Shown: one piece after another, positions 1 through 6,847 of the stretch
Numbering within the stretch: position 1 is the stretch's first letter
How the letters are laid out: the number at the start of each line of letters is the position of its first letter
Assembly: GCA_964640155.1 (NCBI GenBank)
Contig: CAZXEQ010000004.1
Location: 1-32,000, forward strand
Length of the DNA: 32,000 nucleotides
From: an uncultured bacterium
GTDB taxonomy: Bacteria; Auribacterota; JACPWU01
Direction of reading: 5' to 3'
The notes under the pieces: generated by a model
What the model was told of the DNA's origin: nothing
The model's database searches: none
The model's input: the letters and a program-made list of their open reading frames with translations, nothing else
Made by a program: the position numbers and the translations under genes

Positions 1-155
1 CACATCCAAGAGAAAAACAGTACAAAAGAGCTCATGCTAGATAGAGATATAGGAAGGGGAGGTAAAACCATAAAATAATAAGAGAATAAATATTGAAAAA
101 TATAATAGTGTTATTATATACTTACCCTGTTGAAAGACTTAGAGATTTATCTACT

Positions 156-198
156 CCCCGCTCGACTTGCCGAAAGGCCTTGAGCGGGGTACTGTTTT
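156..198 (+). terminator. GC-rich GNRA-capped hairpin plus U-tract. Either an intrinsic terminator of an upstream + strand gene, or a 5' leader hairpin occluding the NYN gene RBS.
   Basis: CCCCGCTC (156-163) pairs with GAGCGGGG (182-189). Inner pairs are G164.T181, A165-T180 and GCC (169-171) with GGC (176-178), closing a GAAA loop (172-175). This is followed by TACTGTTTTA and then the ATG at 199. Confidence 0.4.
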
Positions 199-855
199 AT
201 GGGGGAAAATATAGTGCCACAGGAACCTTCCGAAAAGCGAGTCATCGCATTTGTTGATGGTCAAAATTTATTCTACGCAGCAAAAAAAGCATTTGGGTAC
301 TCTTACCCCAATTATGATCCTCATGCTCTGGCACAGAAAATATCCATCTCAAAAAACTGGAAGTTAATAGCAACCCATTTTTACACAGGTGTTCCGACAA
401 TAGAAGATAACCCAGCTTGGCATTCTTTTTGGTCAGCTAAGTTGGTAAGCATGGGGAAAATGGGAATTAAAACTTTTAGAAGAGCACTTCGTTACCGTCA
501 TAAAACTTCTGTTCTTTCTGATGGCAAAGAGGATCCAGTCCTTGTAGGTCAAGAGAAGGGAATTGATATTCGTATTGCCCTTGATATTGTTCGTCTTGCT
601 CATAGAAATCTCTACGATATTGCGATGATCTTTAGTCAGGATCAAGATTTATCTGAAGCTGTTGACGAAGTAAAAACCATTTCTGCAGAACAAGACCGAT
701 GGATTAAAGTGGTGTGTCCCTTTCCCAAAAGCCCAACTTATGAAAATAAAAGAGGCATCAACGGAACTGAATGGATTAAGATTGATAGAAAAACTTACGA
801 TCAATGCTTGGACCCTAATGATTATCGTCCAAAGTTGAAGGAAGAAAAAATCTAA
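199..855 (+). CDS. NYN/LabA-like (PIN-fold) putative nuclease domain protein
   Basis: 218-aa ORF. VIAFVDGQNLFY near the N-terminus, plus the acidic motifs GIDIRIALDIV and IFSQDQDLSEAV, fit the NYN/LabA (DUF88) pattern. Single domain. Confidence 0.7.
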   Translation: MGENIVPQEPSEKRVIAFVDGQNLFYAAKKAFGYSYPNYDPHALAQKISISKNWKLIATHFYTGVPTIEDNPAWHSFWSAKLVSMGKMGIKTFRRALRYRHKTSVLSDGKEDPVLVGQEKGIDIRIALDIVRLAHRNLYDIAMIFSQDQDLSEAVDEVKTISAEQDRWIKVVCPFPKSPTYENKRGINGTEWIKIDRKTYDQCLDPNDYRPKLKEEKI

Positions 856-973
856 GAATTTTTAAAACACCTCTTCCTATCCTTAAAGTTATATACTTTC
901 TATGTCTTGTGGAAAAATCCTTAAAACAGGTTTATTTCTCAAAAAAAGTCTGTTTAATTAAAAAGAGCAGTGA

Positions 974-3900
974 ATGAGAAAATCTCTATTTGAATCTCTA
1001 TTAAATCTAATTCTCATCTCTATATTCTTCACTCATTTGTCAGAAATTGAGCTCATTGCAGGCGAGTTTACCTGTCGAGTTATACCTCAAAATACACTTC
1101 AAATTAAAGCCTTAGAGCAGGCTTCCAATATACAACAAAAAAACAGTATAGATCAAACACGTGTAGAACATCCTGATTACATCATTACATTGGACAAATG
1201 GGGCACACAAACATCTATAGAAGAAGGTCCTCGCATTAAAGCAGCTAGAGAGCAAGCACGTAGAGCAGAAGAGCGGGCAAGAAAAGCACAAAAGGCTGCT
1301 TCAAATCTCATGGCCCGATACAAAAAACAAATAGAACAAGAACTACTGAATCAAGCATTAAAAGCAGTCACACTTCAGCCAGCAGTTATAAGCAAAAAAG
1401 GGACTCCATCATCTTTGAAATTAACTAACCAACCTACAACAAATGCATCGGTCCTTCTTACTCAATCCCAAAAATCCATGGCTCAAGCTAAGAGCGCTTT
1501 AGCTCAAGCCGAAAGCCAAATCAAGAACGCAAAGACACAAAGTGCTAAAGCTCAAGCTGAAGCAGCCAAAAAAGCAGCTGAAACACAGATCGCCATTGCA
1601 CAAAAGAAAATGGAAGAAGCAAAGAAAGCCTTATCAGGAGCAAGTGCAAAAGAATTGCGCTCATCTGCTACTCGTGCAACAAGTGCGTTAACAGCAAAAC
1701 AATCTCTAGACAGAGTATTAGCTTCTTCTAGGTCTTTGTCATCCCCGAAGGCATCTATCGGGGATCCATTTTCAAAAATAGATATCAGTAAATTCAAAAT
1801 AACCTTCAAAGGCAACACAGCTCAAATCAAAGATGCCAATGGCAATGTCTTAGCAGAGGCTAAAACCCAAGGGAAAACAGTTAAAATTAACAACAATATC
1901 ACAGGCTCTAAAGTAGACATGAGCTATGGGAGATTTGGATTAGAAAGTCTCAAAGAAGTAAACAAAACAGGAAAAGAAGTTAGAACAGAAAGCTACAACT
2001 ATAAAGTTGATAGAACTGGGCGAGTCAAAGAACTAAATTACTTAATCAAAGATACAGAGCCCACATCCATCCAAACCTCTCAAGGCACTAAGTCCGTCAT
2101 TGCGAGCGGAGCGAAGCAATCTCTCTACGAAGCCAGTGGCACCATCAAATACGATGGCAAAGGCAGAGTCACCTCTAGTGAAGAAAACAAAACACTAAAG
2201 AATAACAAAAAGACCATCTATTCCTTCCATGAATCCTTAACTGGAGTTCAATACGATCGTCTTAATCAAATGGTCTCATTTGAAAAGCAAACATCAGAAA
2301 AAGGTCTTGGGATTAAGAAATACTCTACAACCATTACAAGAGCAGGCGAAGTTGATAGCACAGGCAAACTCTCTCACTACATCGAAAACGAAAGAACCAA
2401 ACAAGGCAAAGTCAAAATCTCTCGTACCTATGAAGCAACTCCTACTTATCAAGGAGACAAACTCCTCAGTGAAAATAGAACATTAATAGCAGAGAAAATT
2501 AAACAAACAAGCAGCTTCTTCAGCAAAGCCTTAAGCTTCTTGCCAACTTTGGTATCCATTTTTGCCCCTGTTCTTGCACCAGCGCTACAAGTCTGGCAAG
2601 TAGCTGCACTGGCTTCAGCGACAACATTTGCAACAGGCCTTGCTACGGGACAAGGCTTCAAACAAGCCCTCTTAGGAGCAGCGATTAGTTTAGGAACAGC
2701 CGTTGTCGCTGCAGGAGTAAGAGGAGTAGCTGACGCAGCATTAACAGGAAGTAAGACCATCAGTAGTGCCTTCACAAGTGCACTTACCCAAAAAGTAGGA
2801 ACCACCAGCATGGAAAGTGCCGTAATGAGGCTGGCTACAACAAGCATCACAAACACATTTGGAGAAAAGCTAGGCCCCGTAGGATCAAGTGTCTTAGGTG
2901 GTGCATTAGGAACTATCACATCTTCAAGACCTGACATGATTGCATTAGGAGCCGTAAAGGGACTTGCTTCAGGTTACATCTCAAAAGCTTTAGGGAATTC
3001 TACAGGTGCACAATTTGCGACAGCGGCACTTGGAGGACTCAGCGACTCTGTGATCGACAATAGCTATAAATCTTATCTCAACAACATGAATGCGATCAAA
3101 CAAGCACCTCAAGGAGCAAAGTTAGAGAGAGAAGGGCTTTATGTTACAGGAGCTACACAAACAACCTCTGATGGAAAAATCTCACACTACACCTTTGATG
3201 GAAAAGAATTTAAATATCAATATACAGAACCTGCCAATGCTGAACTCATAACAAAAATTAGCAATACCTTCACAGGTGTAAGCTTTGCTCCTACAACAAA
3301 AATAACAGGGTCAAAAACACACATCAATGGCCTCACAACCTATTACGATAAACAAGGTAACTTCACATCAGCTTTACCCGACAATCAAATCCCAGTTTAT
3401 GACAAAGATGGAAAACAAATAGCAACACAACTTCCGATATCCATGATGACATTAGGAATGGGATCTAATCTTTATTTTTCTCCAGTATCAGAAGGGGACA
3501 AAACTCTTCATGCAATGGGATATGTTCCAGTGGGAGCAACACCTGTAATAAAAAGTAATACACTTCAAGAGTCCGTCACAATACTATCCAATGGTGACCG
3601 AATCATATTCAATGCCCAAGGTCAGACAGAGGCTTTCATCCCTTATGGAGCAGAAGAATATCGTAATGGAGAAGGAAGAGTTGTTGGCTCATTCTTAAAG
3701 GATCAAGATGGTTCCTTTACATATCTTGATAACGATGGTGTGCAGAGCTACACCATTACCAATGATGGTGAAATCAGACTCTATGATTTATTCAAACCCG
3801 AAGTGGCAGAGTTTGTTGTCCCAGCAGGGGCCACAGCTATTGTGAATGACAATGGAGATGTACAATCCAGTTTTAAACGAGATGGCCTAACACTCACACT

Positions 3901-5455
3901 ATTTGATCCGCAAGGAAAAGAAACAAACATCTTTAGTGTCGAACCTCTTATTGATGAATTCAAGAAAATGGGCAATGCTGTAGCAATTACATTTAAAGAT
4001 GCTGCTAGAGAACTTCCTGTTCAAATGATGGATCAGGCAGTCCAACACTACTACAAAGAACCACCCAAACCCATAAGTGGTTCTGGATGGTCATTTGCAG
4101 ATGAAACGATCCTTGGAGCTGATTACAGTCGACCCTCACAACAACCGATATCACTTAAGGTCGCACGGACAATCGGCGTTGAAGCATATAACGAAGATAG
4201 CTCCATCGGAGGCTATGTCATTCGTAATCAAGAAGGCTATCACTTTATTGATACAAAAACAGGAGCTGACAGATTAATGAATGAAGAGGGCTTACTCCCA
4301 GTTCGAGTAAGGGATGTTACAAATAATAACGCTCAGATAGCGGGCTACACGAGAACATTTGTTAATGGTAAGTATGAATTTTACAGCACTCGTGGAAAGC
4401 TTCTTCATTATGGCCAATACAATGAGAAAGAAGCCAATGAGAGACTTAATAATTTTATTCATAATCAAAGATACCAGACCAGCAATGAAATGAAATGGCA
4501 GGCGGCCGTAGAGAATGGCTCCTTCTCAAGAATTGATGCTTACAAAGGGGCAGATGGCAGTGGCAAATATACCTACATAGGCAACTTTCTTGAAAGAGAT
4601 CCAAGAAAACAGAACATCACCGCAGTTCATGGAATTGCATCACCTAAGGAAGAAGTGCTAGGAACAAACGGAATGCCATTTCAGTCTTATTTATATGGGG
4701 AGAAAGTGGGAATCGATGCGAACCTTTCAGGTTGGGCTTGGAACGGTGGGGATCATGAGTGGGAATATTACAAAGGTGTAGCAAATGCAAATGACACAGC
4801 ATTATCACTAGCTAATTACAAGACAGAGGAATATCTTGCAGAATCAATGCAGAAGGCACTACTCTTTGCTCCTCCAGTTGCAGAAGCAAGAAACTTTGAA
4901 GCACACAGCATGGGAGCAAGACAGACGCTTGGATCTATTGAAATCCTGAGACAAAGAGGGATACCTGTAGGAGCAGTTGTCTTGATGGACCCTGCAGTGG
5001 ATTATAATTCTCTATTAGGACCTAGAATGGGAATAACCTATATTGGCCCTGAATATCAAGAATATAAATATAAAATACCTGAGGGAGAATTTTACAAAGC
5101 AGCTGACTGGGCAGAGAAGGTAGTGGTCTATCATCATGAGAAGGATAAGGCCTGGGGTGCTTACAATGTAGCACAGGGCTTGGAATGGATTCCCTTAACT
5201 TCATACTTTCCAGGTGAATACTCCTTGGGTGCGGTGGGGATAAAAGGGTATGAACGTAAAGACTACCCCTCCAGCGTTGATGTGAAGAATGTGAGTAAAG
5301 GGAAAAGTGAAATTCCAGGAGCCTGGATTGAAGATCATGGCGACTATTTTAGAGCGTCAGAGGAGCAGGTTGGAGAAATTTGGAGATATTCAAAAATAAA
5401 TGCTTTAGACAAAGTCAGAGGCTATCGTCTTTTGAGGTCTAACGATGAAAATTAA
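974..5455 (+). CDS. 1493-aa membrane-associated YD/RHS-like repeat protein with a C-terminal lipase-type alpha/beta-hydrolase domain (putative toxin/effector)
   Basis: Uninterrupted 4.5-kb ORF. N-terminal hydrophobic anchor LLNLILISIFFTHL. Ala/Lys/Gln-rich coiled coil (res ~85-255). YD-like motifs include SYNYKVDRTGRV, GTIKYDGKGRV, GVQYDRLNQM, TYYDKQGNF, VYDKDGKQI and LFDPQGKE. Hydrophobic Gly/Ala block at res ~513-696. C-terminal VHGI (res 1218-1221) and AHSMG (res 1310-1314). Confidence 0.6.
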   Translation: MRKSLFESLLNLILISIFFTHLSEIELIAGEFTCRVIPQNTLQIKALEQASNIQQKNSIDQTRVEHPDYIITLDKWGTQTSIEEGPRIKAAREQARRAEERARKAQKAASNLMARYKKQIEQELLNQALKAVTLQPAVISKKGTPSSLKLTNQPTTNASVLLTQSQKSMAQAKSALAQAESQIKNAKTQSAKAQAEAAKKAAETQIAIAQKKMEEAKKALSGASAKELRSSATRATSALTAKQSLDRVLASSRSLSSPKASIGDPFSKIDISKFKITFKGNTAQIKDANGNVLAEAKTQGKTVKINNNITGSKVDMSYGRFGLESLKEVNKTGKEVRTESYNYKVDRTGRVKELNYLIKDTEPTSIQTSQGTKSVIASGAKQSLYEASGTIKYDGKGRVTSSEENKTLKNNKKTIYSFHESLTGVQYDRLNQMVSFEKQTSEKGLGIKKYSTTITRAGEVDSTGKLSHYIENERTKQGKVKISRTYEATPTYQGDKLLSENRTLIAEKIKQTSSFFSKALSFLPTLVSIFAPVLAPALQVWQVAALASATTFATGLATGQGFKQALLGAAISLGTAVVAAGVRGVADAALTGSKTISSAFTSALTQKVGTTSMESAVMRLATTSITNTFGEKLGPVGSSVLGGALGTITSSRPDMIALGAVKGLASGYISKALGNSTGAQFATAALGGLSDSVIDNSYKSYLNNMNAIKQAPQGAKLEREGLYVTGATQTTSDGKISHYTFDGKEFKYQYTEPANAELITKISNTFTGVSFAPTTKITGSKTHINGLTTYYDKQGNFTSALPDNQIPVYDKDGKQIATQLPISMMTLGMGSNLYFSPVSEGDKTLHAMGYVPVGATPVIKSNTLQESVTILSNGDRIIFNAQGQTEAFIPYGAEEYRNGEGRVVGSFLKDQDGSFTYLDNDGVQSYTITNDGEIRLYDLFKPEVAEFVVPAGATAIVNDNGDVQSSFKRDGLTLTLFDPQGKETNIFSVEPLIDEFKKMGNAVAITFKDAARELPVQMMDQAVQHYYKEPPKPISGSGWSFADETILGADYSRPSQQPISLKVARTIGVEAYNEDSSIGGYVIRNQEGYHFIDTKTGADRLMNEEGLLPVRVRDVTNNNAQIAGYTRTFVNGKYEFYSTRGKLLHYGQYNEKEANERLNNFIHNQRYQTSNEMKWQAAVENGSFSRIDAYKGADGSGKYTYIGNFLERDPRKQNITAVHGIASPKEEVLGTNGMPFQSYLYGEKVGIDANLSGWAWNGGDHEWEYYKGVANANDTALSLANYKTEEYLAESMQKALLFAPPVAEARNFEAHSMGARQTLGSIEILRQRGIPVGAVVLMDPAVDYNSLLGPRMGITYIGPEYQEYKYKIPEGEFYKAADWAEKVVVYHHEKDKAWGAYNVAQGLEWIPLTSYFPGEYSLGAVGIKGYERKDYPSSVDVKNVSKGKSEIPGAWIEDHGDYFRASEEQVGEIWRYSKINALDKVRGYRLLRSNDEN
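1226..1735 (+). other. Ala/Lys/Gln-rich low-complexity coiled-coil segment of the giant protein
   Basis: The translation contains IKAAREQARRAEERARKAQKAAS and AKSALAQAESQIKNAKTQSAKAQAEAAKKAAETQIAIAQKKMEEAKKAL. The nucleotide sequence repeats GCTCAAGC-type units. Confidence 0.6.
1736..1769 (-). repeat. 34-nt palindromic repeat unit (inverted orientation) embedded in frame in the giant ORF
   Basis: TTGTCATCCCCGAAGGCATCTATCGGGGATCCAT. Its reverse complement, ATGGATCCCCGATAGATGCCTTCGGGGATGACAA, matches the intergenic repeat consensus. It is translated as LSSPKASIGDP. Confidence 0.8.
2511..3060 (+). other. Gly/Ala/Ser/Thr-rich hydrophobic block (several predicted TM or membrane-inserting helices) inside the giant protein
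   Basis: LSFLPTLVSIFAPVLAPALQVWQVAALASATTFATGLATG, ALLGAAISLGTAVVAAGVRGVA, VGSSVLGGALGTI, MIALGAVKGLASGYI, FATAALGGLS. The locally GC-richer DNA also creates a spurious antisense ORF (2449..2937). Confidence 0.55.
4625..5360 (+). other. Lipase/esterase-type alpha/beta-hydrolase domain at the C-terminus of the giant protein
   Basis: Oxyanion-type ITAVHGI at nt 4625-4636. Nucleophile elbow A-H-S-M-G at nt 4901-4915 (Ser codon 4907-4909). Hydrophobic strand AVVLMDPAVD follows. Later candidate acid/His residues lie in VVVYHHEKD and WIEDHGDYF. Confidence 0.55.
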
Positions 5456-6728
5456 GATTATGATTTTGTTAAGTTTAATTTTTTCTTGTTTTGCCATGGC
5501 ACGAGAACATCCCTATTTTGTGGGAGATATACAGATTTCCCCTAATGAACGATATATTGCAATAGGAAGGCTAGATTACAAAGTCATTCTTTACGATCTT
5601 GAAGAAAAAAAAACCATCAAGGCCTTTGCTGGCAAACAAGGCTGGGAGGTAAATAATGATACCTTTTTCACACCTGATAGTAAGCAATGGATTATTCAAG
5701 ATCGAAGTCTTCTCTTAAAGTTTTGGGACATTGAAAAACAGGAGTTTGTCAAAGAGGTGAAATTAGAGTCTGAGGCCAACGGTCTTATTTTTGTGAGAGA
5801 TGGGAAGGGTATTGTCTGGGGAGGAGCGGATGGAAGGATTGAGTTTATAGATTTGAAAACTGATGAAAGAAAAGTTTTGAAGAGGCCAAATCTCCAGAGA
5901 GGCTTTGACCAAGAAATCGCAGATTTAATAATATCTCCAGATAAGAAGATGTTTATAAGCGTTACCGAGGTGAGTTATTACGACGAGCCCTCTTTTAAAG
6001 AGCCTGAAGAAGATTTTGGTCCAGCATGGGAAGGAAGCAAAGAAATAATAGCTAAACATAATGGCATTAATCTTTGGGATGCGGAAACCCTTACAAAAAT
6101 CAAAAAACTTCAATCTAAAGATACTACAGGCCGAGCCTGGGCAACATTTAGTCCCGATGGTAAGTATGTATTTACTTCTTACGAGAATGGGAATGTGCAT
6201 CAATGGGATGCTACAGAGGGAAGTTTGGTTAAGGAGTTTAGTTATTATGAGGCAGAGGGCTGGTGTGTAGGACCTGTCGAGGGATCAAGTCGTTGGATAT
6301 GTGGTGTTAGAGCAGATCTGTATTTTATGGACACCTTAGGAAAAGTAAAAGGGGAAGTTGATTACAATCATGGAAAAGAGATAAGATTAGGATTTTTAAA
6401 AAGACCTTTAAAATATGAAAGTGTCTCCTTCCAACTCACTACCATCTCCTCCAAAAATCTCATCATTACAGGGGACAGGGATGGGTCAATCTCTGTATAT
6501 AAGTTTGATCCTGAAAAGCTCACAATAGAACTTCTGTGGCATCCCGAACCTGTAAAAAGTGGAATCATTACACAGATTAATCCTTTAGATGTTATGTATA
6601 AGAGTGAAGAAAAAGCCCGCAAAGAACAGCAAGCCTATATTGAAGCCCAAAAGAAAATAGGGTACGGTGAGAAGGACAAAGACGAAACAGACCTTTACGG
6701 AGCAGGATTAAGCGGGAAAGAAAAATAG
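5445..6728 (+). CDS. Secreted WD40/beta-propeller-like repeat protein, translationally coupled to the giant ORF
   Basis: The start overlaps the upstream stop by 11 nt, with GAGG 8-11 nt upstream. Signal peptide MKIKIMILLSLIFSCFAMA. Repeats of the form ISPNERYIAIG..KVILYDLEE, FTPDSKQWII..LKFWDIEKQ, DGRIEFIDLKTDE, FSPDGKYVFTSYENGNVHQWDA and GDRDGSISVYKFD. Confidence 0.6.
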   Translation: MKIKIMILLSLIFSCFAMAREHPYFVGDIQISPNERYIAIGRLDYKVILYDLEEKKTIKAFAGKQGWEVNNDTFFTPDSKQWIIQDRSLLLKFWDIEKQEFVKEVKLESEANGLIFVRDGKGIVWGGADGRIEFIDLKTDERKVLKRPNLQRGFDQEIADLIISPDKKMFISVTEVSYYDEPSFKEPEEDFGPAWEGSKEIIAKHNGINLWDAETLTKIKKLQSKDTTGRAWATFSPDGKYVFTSYENGNVHQWDATEGSLVKEFSYYEAEGWCVGPVEGSSRWICGVRADLYFMDTLGKVKGEVDYNHGKEIRLGFLKRPLKYESVSFQLTTISSKNLIITGDRDGSISVYKFDPEKLTIELLWHPEPVKSGIITQINPLDVMYKSEEKARKEQQAYIEAQKKIGYGEKDKDETDLYGAGLSGKEK

Positions 6729-6847
6729 AAGTCAAAAACGTCACCGTAGGTCAAAGTGAACTACCACATGCCGAAATCAAATACCACAGCCATTATTTTG
6801 AGGGATTATATGTGACAATGATAAATTTCAATGCTGTAAAGAAGGGA

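Noticed and set aside
1-78. Frame-1 open reading from the window edge to TAA 76-78 (...KELMLDRDIGRGGKTIK), a possible 3' end of an upstream + strand gene.
   Set aside because: Only 25 codons are visible and no motif is present, so it cannot be supported as a feature. It is mentioned only as a possible owner of the 156-198 hairpin.
1552-1818. 88-aa minus-strand ORF.
   Set aside because: It is antisense to the Ala/Lys coiled-coil region and passes through the intragenic repeat copy. No support.
2449-2937. 162-aa minus-strand ORF.
   Set aside because: It is antisense to the Gly/Ala-rich hydrophobic block of the giant ORF. GC- and Ala-rich codons keep the opposite strand open. Low-complexity product.
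3905-3916. DPQG in LTLFDPQGKE as the Rhs C-terminal autoproteolysis motif (PxxxxDPxGL).
   Set aside because: It lacks the surrounding conserved residues and the second DPxG. It looks like just another YD-type repeat turn.
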